From Rhodospirillaceae bacterium (GTDB taxonomy: Bacteria > Pseudomonadota > Alphaproteobacteria > Rhodospirillales > JABJKH01): a stretch of 64,000 bases of DNA. Position numbers and translations under genes: made by a program. The first letter of the stretch is position 1. Every line of letters starts with the position of its first letter. This document shows, piece by piece, positions 50,030 to 60,274 of this stretch. The DNA lies in the NCBI GenBank assembly GCA_018660465.1, contig JABJKH010000091.1:7789-71788 (forward strand). Reading direction: 5' to 3'. The notes under the pieces are model-generated. The model searched no databases and had not been told where the DNA came from. It worked only from the letters and a program-made list of their open reading frames with translations.

Positions 50030-50830
50030 ATGTTTAAAATCTTTTTTCATTTTCTGGTCTTGGTTCTTTTCGCAGGGGCGTCAGAGGTTGGTGCGCAACA
50101 GCATAAACCCGGCACCGTCTTCAAAGACTGCAAAGGATGCCCGGAATTGGTGGTCGTCCCGGCGGGCTCCTTCATCATGGGCTCCAACACCCGCCACAAA
50201 TACGAAAAGCCATCCCACAAGGTCACCATTGGGAAGCCGTTTGCCATCGGCAAATACGAAACCACCTTTGATGAATGGGATGTCTGCTTCGTCAAGGGCG
50301 GCTGCAAGCATAATCCCGACGATCACAAATGGGGCCGAGGCCGACGACCGGTTGTCAATGTCACGGTCACTCACGTGAAGGAATACCTTCGTTGGATCAG
50401 TCAAATAACGGGGCAAAAATACCGCCTGCCCTCGGAAGCGGAATGGGAATATGTGGCCCACGCCGGCACGACCACTGAATATTGGTGGGGAGATGAGATG
50501 GGCAAGGACAACGCCAATTGCCGCCATTGCCTGACCGACGGCATTCCCCACGAAACCTTTCCGGTCGGAACCTATAAGGTCAATCCGTTCGGGCTGTTTG
50601 ATACCAGTGGCAACGTCTGGGAATGGACTTTGGACTGTTGGAATAAAAGCCACGCGGGGGCACCGACTGACGGCTCACCGCGCTTAACCGGCAACTGCGT
50701 CAAGCCGGTTATCAAGGGTGGGTCCTGGTACTATATCCCCAAGAACCAGCGGCCAGCATGGCGTGCGAAGAATGATCATCGGGCTAAAAGTTACGGGATT
50801 GGATTCCGGGTACTCCGCGAACTTCGCTAG
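50030..50830 (+). CDS. formylglycine-generating enzyme (SUMF1/FGE) family protein, secreted
   Basis: 266 aa with a signal peptide. YRLPSEAEWEYVAHAG, GNVWEWTLDCW, KGGSWY. Confidence 0.85.
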   Translation: MFKIFFHFLVLVLFAGASEVGAQQHKPGTVFKDCKGCPELVVVPAGSFIMGSNTRHKYEKPSHKVTIGKPFAIGKYETTFDEWDVCFVKGGCKHNPDDHKWGRGRRPVVNVTVTHVKEYLRWISQITGQKYRLPSEAEWEYVAHAGTTTEYWWGDEMGKDNANCRHCLTDGIPHETFPVGTYKVNPFGLFDTSGNVWEWTLDCWNKSHAGAPTDGSPRLTGNCVKPVIKGGSWYYIPKNQRPAWRAKNDHRAKSYGIGFRVLRELR

Positions 50831-50833
50831 AAA

Positions 50834-51439
50834 TTACTGATCATTAATTGGGCGAGGCCGCCCGGCACGCACCAAATCCTGAAGCGTTTTTTCCATATCT
50901 CCCAAACGATCTCGAAGGGCTTCTACCTCTTCTGTCGTCGGACTTTCTGCATCGCCGTCTTTAGAATTTTCTTCGTCCGCACCTAACATTTCTTCAAACG
51001 CCGTTAAATTACGCCGGCTCATTTCTTCCAATCTTTCCGCCTGATCCGGCCCGCCCCCTGAAGCTTGTAAATATTGCCGCATCTGATCTTGGCTCCGTGC
51101 TAAGGCCAGCATGCAGTGTTCCAGATACCCTGGCACCAATGTTTCCAGGCTATCACCGTAATAGGTTGTTAATTGCCGGAGGAAAGCCAAAGGCAACAAC
51201 CCCCCTGAGCCGCTTTCCTTCTCGGCGACAATTTGGATCAGTACAGAACGCGTGATGTCGTCCCCATTGGTTGCGTCATAGACGACAAATTCGGTGCCGT
51301 CCTTCGCCATCGTTGCCAACTGGCCCAAGGTCACGTAACTACTGGTTACCGTGTTATAAAGTCGCCGGTTGGAATATTTTTTAATGACCGCCGGAAACGC
51401 CCCCGGCGTCGAATGAACGAGCGTCAGTCGCTTTGCCAT
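50834..51439 (-). CDS. phaR: polyhydroxyalkanoate synthesis repressor PhaR
   Basis: 201 aa. IKKYSNRRLYNT.TS.YVTL..L is the PhaR N-terminus. It is divergent from a thiolase gene. Confidence 0.9.
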   Translation of the reverse strand: MAKRLTLVHSTPGAFPAVIKKYSNRRLYNTVTSSYVTLGQLATMAKDGTEFVVYDATNGDDITRSVLIQIVAEKESGSGGLLPLAFLRQLTTYYGDSLETLVPGYLEHCMLALARSQDQMRQYLQASGGGPDQAERLEEMSRRNLTAFEEMLGADEENSKDGDAESPTTEEVEALRDRLGDMEKTLQDLVRAGRPRPINDQ

Positions 51440-51481
51440 ACTCTAGTCCTTTCATGCATCCCGGGTCATAGGGTTTCACAG

Positions 51482-51496
51482 GCATTGCTGCAATGC
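51482..51496. promoter_or_regulatory. 15-bp perfect palindrome GCATTGC-T-GCAATGC in the phaR-phaA divergent region (candidate PhaR operator)
   Basis: Read directly. tgctgcaa recurs at 51511-51518. It lies 43 nt upstream of the phaR start. Confidence 0.35.
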
Positions 51497-51606
51497 AAAA
51501 TAAAATTTTGTGCTGCAAAATTAAGTCGGTTCTACGCTCGGATGTTTGCTCCATTCGGAGCGACGGGTTAGGCTGATAAAATGCTTTATCGCGGAGGGGA
51601 TATCTT

Positions 51607-52788
51607 ATGACTCAAGTCGTCATTGCCGGTGCTGTACGCACGCCGATTGGATCGCTCAATGGTTCTTTAAGTTCGGTTCCAGCGCACTATCTGGGCGAGA
51701 TCGCCATTGTTGAGGCTCTGAAGCGCGCGAAGGTGGACCCAAGCGAAGTCTCTGAGGTCATCATGGGTCAAATCTTAACCGCAGGTGCGGGCCAGAATCC
51801 GGCCCGGCAAGCCGCCGTCAATGCGGGCATACCGGTCGAAAAAACAGCCTATATCGTCAATCAACTGTGTGGGTCGGGACTGCGCGCCGCTGCCCTTGGC
51901 AGTCAGGCGATCAGAATCGGCGATAGTGACATCGTCGTTGCCGGCGGCCAGGAAAGCATGAGCCAATCCCCGCACATCGTGCACATGCGGAATGGCGTCA
52001 AAATGGGCTCTACTGAACTTGAAGACACGATGATGCGGGACGGGTTACTGGACGCCTTTCATGGCTATCACATGGGCATCACCGCAGAAAACATTGCTCG
52101 GCAGTGGCAACTGACCCGCGACGAACAGGATGAATTTGCCCTGGCGTCCCAAAACAAAGCCGAAGCCGCACAGAAACAAGGTCGCTTCAAAGACGAAATC
52201 GTGCCTGTCACCATCAAAACCCGCAAGGGTGATGACGTGGTTGAGGAAGATGAATACATTCGTCAGGGACTTAAAATAAATGATCTCAGTAAACTTCGCC
52301 CGGCGTTTGAAAAAGACGGCACCGTAACCGCAGGCAATGCATCTGGCATCAACGATGGCGCATCCGCCGTAATTCTTATGACCGAGCATGAGGCAAAAAA
52401 GCGCGACGTGCAGCCCCTTGCCCGCATCGTTTCTTGGGCAACCGCGGGCGTTGATCCATCAATCATGGGCACAGGCCCCATCCCCGCCAGCCGCATGGCG
52501 TTAGATAAAGCGGATTGGACGGTCGATGATTTGGACCTGATCGAAGCCAACGAAGCCTTTGCAGCGCAAACCTGTGCCGTTGGCCGCGACATGGGCTGGG
52601 ACGCAGAAAAACTCAACGTCAACGGCGGTGCCATCGCCTTGGGCCATCCTGTCGGTGCGTCCGGGACCCGCATTCTAGTGACCTTGTTGTATGAAATGGA
52701 AAAACGGGACGTCACGAAAGGCCTCGCCACGCTTTGCATTGGCGGCGGCATGGGCATCGCTATGTGTGTGGAACGGGGTGGCTATTAG
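51607..52788 (+). CDS. phaA: acetyl-CoA acetyltransferase (thiolase II)
   Basis: 393 aa. Active-site regions [42 protein letters not shown]. It is adjacent to phaR. Confidence 0.9.
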   Translation: MTQVVIAGAVRTPIGSLNGSLSSVPAHYLGEIAIVEALKRAKVDPSEVSEVIMGQILTAGAGQNPARQAAVNAGIPVEKTAYIVNQLCGSGLRAAALGSQAIRIGDSDIVVAGGQESMSQSPHIVHMRNGVKMGSTELEDTMMRDGLLDAFHGYHMGITAENIARQWQLTRDEQDEFALASQNKAEAAQKQGRFKDEIVPVTIKTRKGDDVVEEDEYIRQGLKINDLSKLRPAFEKDGTVTAGNASGINDGASAVILMTEHEAKKRDVQPLARIVSWATAGVDPSIMGTGPIPASRMALDKADWTVDDLDLIEANEAFAAQTCAVGRDMGWDAEKLNVNGGAIALGHPVGASGTRILVTLLYEMEKRDVTKGLATLCIGGGMGIAMCVERGGY

Positions 52789-52806
52789 CAGTAGGCTACG
52801 GCTGCA

Positions 52807-53544
52807 ATGTGGCGCGATGTAGTAGATTTAAGAGATTTCTATGGCTCCGGCCTGGGCCGCGTCGTGCGTCGCGCGATCCGTGCGAAGGTCCGCGCCATCT
52901 GGCCTAATACCAAGGGAATGAGCGTCCTCGGCGTCGGCTATACAACACCTTATTTAGGCCCCTTCCGAAGCGAAGCCACCCGCGCCATCGCCGCCATGCC
53001 TGCCGGACAAGGGGTTCTGCACTGGCCAGATAACGGCACGGGCCTGACAACCTTAGTCGATGAAATCGAATTACCATTCGCCGATCTTTCAATGGACCGG
53101 GTGCTTCTGGTGCACGCCCTGGAATGTGCCGAACAAGCGCGCCCTCTCTTGCGTGAAGTGTGGCGGGTAATGTCGGCAAGCGGTCGTCTGATCATCGTCG
53201 CCCCCAACCGGCGCGGCGTTTGGGCACGGTTCGAGAGAACTCCCTTTGGCCACGGACTGCCGTATTCCACGGGGCAGCTGTCACGGCTGCTCAGAGACAA
53301 CATGTTCACACCGACGCATTCGGAAAAAGCGCTCTACGTGCCGCCGGTTTATTCACGAATGATGCTGGCCTCCGCCCCCGCTTGGGAAGAAATTGGGCAG
53401 CGTTTCTTCAATACATTCGGTGGTGTCGTCATCGCCGAAGCATCCAAGCAAATTTATGCCGCCAATGCAGAACCCGTGAAAAAACCAAAACGGCGCTATG
53501 TCACTCTGCCACAAGGCAACCCAGGTGCGCCGACCAGAAGCTAA
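52807..53544 (+). CDS. class I SAM-dependent methyltransferase-like protein
   Basis: 245 aa. MSVLGVGYTTPYL (degenerate motif I), DRVLLVHALE, GRLIIVAPN. Confidence 0.65.
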   Translation: MWRDVVDLRDFYGSGLGRVVRRAIRAKVRAIWPNTKGMSVLGVGYTTPYLGPFRSEATRAIAAMPAGQGVLHWPDNGTGLTTLVDEIELPFADLSMDRVLLVHALECAEQARPLLREVWRVMSASGRLIIVAPNRRGVWARFERTPFGHGLPYSTGQLSRLLRDNMFTPTHSEKALYVPPVYSRMMLASAPAWEEIGQRFFNTFGGVVIAEASKQIYAANAEPVKKPKRRYVTLPQGNPGAPTRS

Positions 53545-53546
53545 GA

Positions 53547-54176
53547 TTATTTTTGCTTGCTGAGCAGAAACACAGCCTGTTCACCAAACAGGTTTGCAAA
53601 GAACATCGCCGACCGCACCCGTCGCTTGGCACCATTGCGATCCAACGCGATGCTGCGTTCGATGGTAATGCCCATTTCATCGCACAAGATAACGAAATCC
53701 TTGATCGTGCAAAAATGGATGTTGGGCGTGTCGTACCACTGAAATGCAATGGTCCTACTGACGGGCATGCGGCCTCGGGTCAGAATCTGCCACCGTAAAC
53801 GCCAGTACGCAAAGTTTGGAAACGACACGATTGCCCGCTCACCAATTCGCAACATGTCGGCGAGAACTTCTTTCGGCGCGGCCATGGCCTGCAGGGTCTG
53901 ACTTAACACGACATAATCAAAGGCCTGATCGGGGTAATCCTTAAGGTCGGTCTCGGCATCGCCCTGAATAACAGATAGGCCAGCACTGACGCATGCGTTC
54001 ACCCCTTCCGTACTAAGTTCGATCCCGCGACCATCGACTTGTTTAAAATTGGCAAGATGATCAAGCAGGGCACCATCACCACACCCCACATCCAACAAAC
54101 GCGTATCGGGATTGATCATGTCCGCAATGACCTGCAGGTCAGGGCGGATGATACCGAGTTGCTTCCTGGTGATCAT
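53547..54176 (-). CDS. metW: methionine biosynthesis protein MetW
   Basis: 209 aa. [36 protein letters not shown]. It overlaps the metX stop by 4 nt. Confidence 0.9.
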   Translation of the reverse strand: MITRKQLGIIRPDLQVIADMINPDTRLLDVGCGDGALLDHLANFKQVDGRGIELSTEGVNACVSAGLSVIQGDAETDLKDYPDQAFDYVVLSQTLQAMAAPKEVLADMLRIGERAIVSFPNFAYWRLRWQILTRGRMPVSRTIAFQWYDTPNIHFCTIKDFVILCDEMGITIERSIALDRNGAKRRVRSAMFFANLFGEQAVFLLSKQK

Positions 54177-55357
54177 GAATCAGCCCGCCCCAAACCACGC
54201 AGCACCGCCGAGCCATTTAAAAATCCGCTCAGGACCTTATGGAATTCAGGCTCGTCCATCAGAAACGCATCATGGCCATTATCAGACTCAATCTCAGCAA
54301 AACTGACATTCGCCGCAACCGCATTTAGCGCGCGCACGACCTGACGATTTTCCTCTGTTGGGAACAACCAATCGGTAGTGAACGACAAGACACAGCAGCG
54401 GGTTTTGGCACCCTTAAACGCGTTCGCCAAAACGCCATCGTGCTCCGCCGCCAAATCAAAATAATCCATCGCCCGCGTAATGTAGAGATACGAGTTGGCA
54501 TCAAATCGGTCAACGAACGTGCTGCCCTGATGGCGCAGATAGCTTTCCACCTGAAATTCAGCATCGAAGCCATACATAAACTCACTACGGTCCTGCAAGC
54601 GTCGGCCGAACTTCCGATGCAGAGCCGATTCCGACAAATAGGTGATATGCGCCGTCATTCGCGCGACAGCCAGCCCCCGATGTGGGTTCTTGCCTTGGCT
54701 CAGATAGTCGCCACCGCACCAATCGGGATCAGCCATGATGGCCTGGCGTCCCACCTCGTGAAAGGCGATATTCTGCGACGAATGGCGGGCCGCCGTGGCG
54801 ATAGGAATGGCCGCAAAAACTCTGTCAGGGTAGCTTGCCACCCATTCCAGAACCTGCATACCACCCATGGACCCGCCAATGACCGCAAACAATTGATCAA
54901 TGCCTAAGTGATCCAGCAGCATGACTTGAGCCCGCACCATGTCGCCCAAGGTAATCACCGGAAAATCCAAACCCCAGGGTTTGCCAGTCTCCGGATTAAT
55001 TTCTTTTGGTCCGGTAGAGCCCATGCAGCCGCCGAGCACATTGGCGCAAATTATGAAATAGCGATCTGTGTCGAAAATTTTTCCGGGCCCGACAATTTGT
55101 GACCACCAACCGTCCTTCCCCGTAATCGGGTGAGTTTCGGCAACGAACTGGTCCCCAGTTAAGGCGTGACAAACCATCACAGCGTTGGATTTTTCGGCGT
55201 TCAATTCACCATAGGTCTGATACGCCGTGGTAAATTCGCCGAGTTCAACCCCGCAGTCCAACCGCAAGGGTTGGTCCTGTCCCAACTGGACGGTTTTGCC
55301 TGGCAGAGCCGTTTCAGCTGAATCTTTTTCGCGCTCTGGAGCCGGGGTTTCAATCAT
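54173..55357 (-). CDS. metX: homoserine O-acetyltransferase
   Basis: [12 protein letters not shown], the nucleophile elbow GGSMGGMQ, and the alpha/beta-hydrolase order. I chose the ATG at 55357; the ORF track opens at a TTG at 55420. Confidence 0.9.
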   Translation of the reverse strand: MIETPAPEREKDSAETALPGKTVQLGQDQPLRLDCGVELGEFTTAYQTYGELNAEKSNAVMVCHALTGDQFVAETHPITGKDGWWSQIVGPGKIFDTDRYFIICANVLGGCMGSTGPKEINPETGKPWGLDFPVITLGDMVRAQVMLLDHLGIDQLFAVIGGSMGGMQVLEWVASYPDRVFAAIPIATAARHSSQNIAFHEVGRQAIMADPDWCGGDYLSQGKNPHRGLAVARMTAHITYLSESALHRKFGRRLQDRSEFMYGFDAEFQVESYLRHQGSTFVDRFDANSYLYITRAMDYFDLAAEHDGVLANAFKGAKTRCCVLSFTTDWLFPTEENRQVVRALNAVAANVSFAEIESDNGHDAFLMDEPEFHKVLSGFLNGSAVLRGLGRADS

Positions 55358-55462
55358 ATTCGCGTGTTCCAATGGCTGGAAATTGTGCTCATAGCTAGGA
55401 ATCAAGGGGCCAAGTGTCAACGTTTTCTTTGATTTTACGGATACATACCAGTATCACTATGC

Positions 55463-55495
55463 GGCCTTTGGGCTCCCTTTGGGTGGCCTTTGGGC
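55463..55495. repeat. 11-bp tandem repeat x3 (ggcctttgggc / tccctttgggt / ggcctttgggc)
   Basis: Read directly. The core CCTTTGGG sits at 55465, 55476 and 55487, an exact 11-bp phasing. It lies between the metX and chorismate mutase starts. Confidence 0.9.
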
Positions 55496-55539
55496 ATGGA
55501 ATTCTTCCGATTGTTTCGTTCATAAACCCGGACCTAAAT

Positions 55540-56430
55540 ATGTGCGCTGAAATTACACTGGATGCTTTACGGCAAGAAATTGATGACATCGACAGTCAAA
55601 TCCATGACTTGTTGATTGAGCGAACCACCGTTGTGGAGAAAGTCCGCACGGTAAAACGCGGCCAAAAAGTCAAAATTCGCGCGGCGCGGGAAGCCGAAAT
55701 TTTGTATCGGCTAACGGCCCGTCACAAGGGTTTGTTCCCAAAACGCGAACTGACCAACATCTGGCGCCAGATCATTGTTGCGACGTTATCGATTGAGGGA
55801 CCCTTTTCTGTTGCCGTTTACATGCCAGATGATGCCAGCGGTTTTTGGGATTTAGCCTGCGTTCAATATGGCTCGTTTACACCAATGACGGGGCACCGCT
55901 CCGCACGCCAAGTTGTTGAAGATGTGATGACCCAAAAAGCAACGGTTGGGATCGTGCCTATTCCGCGCTCCGACGATAGCGATCCTTGGTGGCGATTTAT
56001 TGCGAGCAACAATCCGGATTCGCCAAAAGTTATTGCGCGCCTGCCGTTCACCGGACAAAGCAACACACGGGACGACGCGGGCCTGGAAGCGCTGGTCATA
56101 TGCCCTGTGCCGCATGAGCCTGCAGGGCGGGACCGTACCCTGTTTGTCATTGAACTGGAACAACGGGTCGGCCTAGACCTTCTGCGCGATGCACTGATGT
56201 CTTGTGAGTTGACAGCCGTTCAGGAGACGTCGTGGCACGATGACGAGACGCCAAATTTATGGCTATATTTGGTGGAAATTGATGGCTTTATCACCGAAGA
56301 CGATAACCGGTTAAACATTTTTACGGAGAACTTCTCCGTCCCTGTTAAACAAATCGCTCAAGTCGGCGGCTATGCCTTGCCCCTGACAGACGAAGAACTC
56401 ACCGTCATCGCGCCGTCGGACGAGGACTAG
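55540..56430 (+). CDS. chorismate mutase (with PDT-like C-terminal region)
   Basis: LDALRQEIDDIDSQIHDLLIERTTVVEKV...AREAEIL is a CM type 2 helix pattern. It lies upstream of hisC-tyrC, as in many alphaproteobacteria. I chose the ATG at 55540. Confidence 0.7.
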   Translation: MCAEITLDALRQEIDDIDSQIHDLLIERTTVVEKVRTVKRGQKVKIRAAREAEILYRLTARHKGLFPKRELTNIWRQIIVATLSIEGPFSVAVYMPDDASGFWDLACVQYGSFTPMTGHRSARQVVEDVMTQKATVGIVPIPRSDDSDPWWRFIASNNPDSPKVIARLPFTGQSNTRDDAGLEALVICPVPHEPAGRDRTLFVIELEQRVGLDLLRDALMSCELTAVQETSWHDDETPNLWLYLVEIDGFITEDDNRLNIFTENFSVPVKQIAQVGGYALPLTDEELTVIAPSDED

Positions 56431-56434
56431 TACC

Positions 56435-57523
56435 ATGTGCGCGCTTCGTCTCAAACCTGGTATTGGGGATATCTCTCCGTACGTCGGCGGTGAGTCCGAC
56501 ATTGCTGGGGTTGATCGCATCATCAAGCTTTCCTCCAATGAAAGCGCCTTAGGGCCCAGCCCCAAAGCAGCGGCCGCCATGGAAGCCGCTGTGGCCGATA
56601 CGTTCCGCTATCCAGATGGCGGTTGTACCGACCTGCGCGCAGCCCTTGGTGCGGAGCACGAGCTTGACCCCAAACAGATCGTCTGTGGGGCAGGTTCCGA
56701 TGAAATATTTAGCTTCCTCAGCCGCGCTTACGCCGGACCAGGGGATGAAGTTCTTTACAACGAGCACGGGTTTTTAATGTTTCCTATTGTGACCCGGCTG
56801 GTGGATGCGACCCCTGTTAAGGTCGCTGAAAAGAACCTTTGCGCTGATGTTGATGCATTTTTGGCGGCGGTCACAGACAAAACAAAAATTCTATTTCTGG
56901 CCAACCCAAATAATCCGACGGGGAGTTTTTTGTCGCTGAACGAACTCAAGCGGCTACGGGCCGGCCTGCCTGATCATGTTCTGATGGTGCTGGATGGTGC
57001 CTATGCAGAATTTGTCACAGCTGACGATTATTCCCCCGGTGTTGAATTGGTCGATGCAGGTGACAACGTGGTGATGACGCGAACATTCTCCAAGATCTAT
57101 GGTCTGGGGGGTGTTCGCTTGGGGTGGAGCTATTGCCCGCCGGAAGTCGCTGATGTCCTGAACAGAATTCGCAATCCATTCAACGTTTCAGCCATCGCCC
57201 AAGCGGCTGGGTTGGCGGCATTGGAAGACACCGCCTTTGTTGCCAAAGCGCTCACTGACAATGAGACCCTACGTGCTTGGACGACGGAAAAATTAACAGG
57301 CTTTGGCCTTTCCGTTCCACCCAGCGTTGCCAATTTTGTTCTCGTGCGGTTTCCCCTGGACGAAGCCCAGAATGCAGAAGCGGCAGATGCTTTCCTAAAA
57401 TCCAAGGGAATTATTGTCCGGCGCATGGGCGGATACGGCTTGCCGGATTCATTAAGAATCTCTATTGGGGTGCAAGACGAAATGACAGCGCTGGTGGATG
57501 CGTTGTCGGAATTCATGAGTTAG
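56435..57523 (+). CDS. hisC: histidinol-phosphate aminotransferase
   Basis: 362 aa. KLSSNESALGPSP, NPNNPTG, RTFSKIYGLGGVRLGW (PLP lysine). Confidence 0.88.
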   Translation: MCALRLKPGIGDISPYVGGESDIAGVDRIIKLSSNESALGPSPKAAAAMEAAVADTFRYPDGGCTDLRAALGAEHELDPKQIVCGAGSDEIFSFLSRAYAGPGDEVLYNEHGFLMFPIVTRLVDATPVKVAEKNLCADVDAFLAAVTDKTKILFLANPNNPTGSFLSLNELKRLRAGLPDHVLMVLDGAYAEFVTADDYSPGVELVDAGDNVVMTRTFSKIYGLGGVRLGWSYCPPEVADVLNRIRNPFNVSAIAQAAGLAALEDTAFVAKALTDNETLRAWTTEKLTGFGLSVPPSVANFVLVRFPLDEAQNAEAADAFLKSKGIIVRRMGGYGLPDSLRISIGVQDEMTALVDALSEFMS

Positions 57524-57527
57524 AAAA

Positions 57528-58403
57528 ATGTTATTCGAACGAATTGCCTTTATCGGGATCGGCCTGATTGGATCGTCCTTGGCACGCGTCATTCGCCGCG
57601 ACGGCCTCTGCGGCCATATCACTGTGTGTGCGCGATCCCAAGAAACTTTGGATAAAGTCGTTGAACTAGACCTTGCCGATACGGTGACAAAAGACCCGGC
57701 TGTTGCGGTGGCGGATGCTGATCTGGTGATGATCTGCACGCCCATGGGGGCTTATGGCGCGATCGCAGAAGCGATTTCTGGAAGCTTGAAGGACGGCGCA
57801 ATTGTCAGTGACGTGGGGTCGGTCAAAAAGGCGGCCATCGATAGCTTGGCACCTAAGTTACCGGGAACCATTCATCTGGTCCCAGGACATCCTGTCGCGG
57901 GCACAGAGCATTCAGGGCCTGAGTCTGGCTTCCCTGAACTGTTCATTGATCGGTGGTGCATTCTTACCCCGGCAACCGGCACAGACGAAGCAGCGACGGA
58001 TAAGGTCGCCGCGTTATGGCGCAAGGCCGGCATGATGATTGAAGTCATGGATGCGGAACATCATGACCAGGTCCTGGGCATTACGTCGCACCTGCCGCAC
58101 CTGATTGCCTACACCATTGTCGGCACGGCAACGGATTTGGAAGATGACCTAAAACAAGAGGTCATAAAATTCTCCGCCAGTGGCTTTCGCGATTTCACCC
58201 GCATTGCCGCGTCTGACCCGGTCATGTGGCGGGATATCTTTTTGAACAATAAAGACGCCGTGCTTGAAATTCTAGGCCGCTTCAGCGAGGACCTAACAGC
58301 CATGCAGCGAGCCATTCGGCGTGGCGAGGGTGATGCTTTGGAAGAAGTCTTCACGCGCACCCGGGAAATCCGCCGAAGCATCATCGACGCCAAGCAGGAT
58401 TAA
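57528..58403 (+). CDS. tyrC: prephenate/arogenate dehydrogenase
   Basis: 291 aa. IAFIGIGLIGSSLA, DVGSVK, HPVAGTEHSG, HD...ITSHLPH. Confidence 0.85.
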   Translation: MLFERIAFIGIGLIGSSLARVIRRDGLCGHITVCARSQETLDKVVELDLADTVTKDPAVAVADADLVMICTPMGAYGAIAEAISGSLKDGAIVSDVGSVKKAAIDSLAPKLPGTIHLVPGHPVAGTEHSGPESGFPELFIDRWCILTPATGTDEAATDKVAALWRKAGMMIEVMDAEHHDQVLGITSHLPHLIAYTIVGTATDLEDDLKQEVIKFSASGFRDFTRIAASDPVMWRDIFLNNKDAVLEILGRFSEDLTAMQRAIRRGEGDALEEVFTRTREIRRSIIDAKQD

Positions 58404-58407
58404 GATT

Positions 58408-59025
58408 TTATAGCGGCAACCCGGCCTTGCCACGGGCGCGATCCCAGATTTTCTCCACGTCCTTGCCAAAGATAAATGATGGTTTCGCAGGGGTGACAAC
58501 CCAATCGTCTCGCGCAAGCTCATGTTCCAATTGCCCCGGGCCCCAGCCAGCATAGCCCAAGACGAATATCTTTTGTTTAGGGCCTTTGCCATCGGCGATA
58601 TCGCGAAAGACTTTTTGGTTGGTTGTGACCGACGCGACGTTGTTGATGATCCGGGTTCCCGGGCCATGGTAGTCCGGGCCGTGCACCAGAAACCCAACGC
58701 CGCTGTCCACCGGCCCACCATAATGGAGATTAATAGCGCCTTTGACGCCGTCGGGATTCATGCCGAAACCTTCCATCAGCTTGGCAAGAGGGCCGCTTCC
58801 CACCACCTTGTTGATGACGACCCCCATGGCACCTTGTTTATTGTGATCGATCATTAGGATCACGGTTTTAGCAAATCGCGGGTCGGCCATACCATCATCC
58901 GCGATCAACAATTGACCGTTTAGAAAATGTGTCGGAGATATTTGTTTGCTTGTTTGACTCAATGAGTCGCCAGCAATGGCTAGAAGCCCGGCAACAATCA
59001 CAATGAATAGGGTTTTAAACCGCAT
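58408..59025 (-). CDS. YqgE/AlgH family protein (UPF0301)
   Basis: 205 aa. LLIADDGMADPRFAKTVILMIDHNKQGAMGVVINK, GGPV, AGWGPGQLE. The unusual hydrophobic N-terminal 24 aa would be removed by an internal TTG start. Confidence 0.85.
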   Translation of the reverse strand: MRFKTLFIVIVAGLLAIAGDSLSQTSKQISPTHFLNGQLLIADDGMADPRFAKTVILMIDHNKQGAMGVVINKVVGSGPLAKLMEGFGMNPDGVKGAINLHYGGPVDSGVGFLVHGPDYHGPGTRIINNVASVTTNQKVFRDIADGKGPKQKIFVLGYAGWGPGQLEHELARDDWVVTPAKPSFIFGKDVEKIWDRARGKAGLPL

Positions 59026-59047
59026 TCGTTTATTCTAACGGAAAAAC

Positions 59048-60196
59048 TTAATCCGACGCTACCTTTGGTCCCCAGTTCACATGGGGCATATCGACAAGTT
59101 TGGCCTGGCCGGTAAATATTTTTCCGTTCTGAATACTGACCGCAAGATTTAATGTCGGCGGCCCGCCGTTTTCATCTTTCTGAAAAAAGGCGCTCGTAAC
59201 TAATTTTACAGTTAAAGAATCTTTGCCGCGCACCCACCCAGAAACTCGAAGTGCATCGATAAATTCATGAAAGCCGATGACCTTCGCCGTAAATGCCCCA
59301 ACAGGCTGCAGATTTCCGTCCAAGGCAACGGTGCCATCAGATCTAATTAAATGAAACGGCCCATATCGCATCGAAAACTTAGGAATTTCCATGGTGCCGC
59401 CCGCATCCCGCCACGTAGCAAGCGACGATCTCAGCAAACCCGGTTCGATGCCCCCCATAACAGCGCCGTTAATCGAAAGCTTAGAAACCTTCGCCCCCAT
59501 GGGGAGTTTGAAGTGCGCCGGCAAAACTAAATCTTGGGCATTAATTTTGAAACTTAGGCTCGGCGATTTGATATCCTCTGGATTGGACGGGTCGTGAGTG
59601 GCCTCAATCGTCGCAGACCGCGCACCGACCTTAGCGCCGGTTATGGCTTGCAGAGCGACATTTTTCGCGTGGATCAATAAATCTTTGGGCCAGTGCTCGC
59701 CTGGCTTGAATTCCACGGTTAGTTCCTGTGACAATCCGCCATAAGAGACGGGCCCGGCTTTGGTCTTCAGGGTGAGCTCATTGTGTTCTGGGAATTTCAG
59801 AAGGTACCGTCCTGGATTCCAGGGGCGCGACTGGATCACCAACTCCGGCCCCTTCCAACTCCAGTCTGGATCATCTCCACTCGTGGCGAAGCTCGGTGTA
59901 TTTAGGGTGAGACGAATGGCGAATGGAAATCCGCTCAAGACCGGCTGCTTATAGGTAACGGCCCACCCGGCCTGACGCGCGTTTACCGCCCAATCTTCCA
60001 GGTTTGAGCGAAGACCTTGCGCGGTATAAAACCACATCGCCACATAGGCGATGGAAAATGTGGCAATGGCGACGAGCGAAATCATGGTGCGACGGATCAC
60101 CGCAAAATATGCAGGCGGCTTGTAGTTCATCACCTGCCGGGCTTGGAAGGCGCTGCGGATTTTGCGCTGCCGTTCTTTGTCGGTGTATTCCACCAT
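59048..60196 (-). CDS. DUF2125-like membrane-anchored protein
   Basis: 382 aa with a single N-terminal TM helix. The LSGFPFAIRLTL-type segment is recalled from DUF2125. I identified this from memory only. Confidence 0.55.
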   Translation of the reverse strand: MVEYTDKERQRKIRSAFQARQVMNYKPPAYFAVIRRTMISLVAIATFSIAYVAMWFYTAQGLRSNLEDWAVNARQAGWAVTYKQPVLSGFPFAIRLTLNTPSFATSGDDPDWSWKGPELVIQSRPWNPGRYLLKFPEHNELTLKTKAGPVSYGGLSQELTVEFKPGEHWPKDLLIHAKNVALQAITGAKVGARSATIEATHDPSNPEDIKSPSLSFKINAQDLVLPAHFKLPMGAKVSKLSINGAVMGGIEPGLLRSSLATWRDAGGTMEIPKFSMRYGPFHLIRSDGTVALDGNLQPVGAFTAKVIGFHEFIDALRVSGWVRGKDSLTVKLVTSAFFQKDENGGPPTLNLAVSIQNGKIFTGQAKLVDMPHVNWGPKVASD

Positions 60197-60274
60197 GGAC
60201 TTTGTGCCGCCTGGTTTGTTGATAGGTTGTTATAGTGCGTTGCGCGGGCGGGAGCGAGTGATTAGCTTTTCTCT

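Noticed and set aside
50081-50653. 190-aa minus-strand ORF inside the FGE-family gene
   Set aside because: Antisense shadow. The plus frame carries the FGE motifs (RLPSEAEWEY, GNVWEW).
53160-53798. 212-aa plus-strand ORF spanning the methyltransferase 3' end and metW
   Set aside because: It runs out of frame through one gene and antisense through another. Its composition is Arg-rich.
55358-55539. Possible SAM-II/SAM-V riboswitch in the metX leader
   Set aside because: I could not find the pseudoknot-forming GGCUU...AAAGCU-type elements by eye. A covariance-model scan is needed before making any claim.
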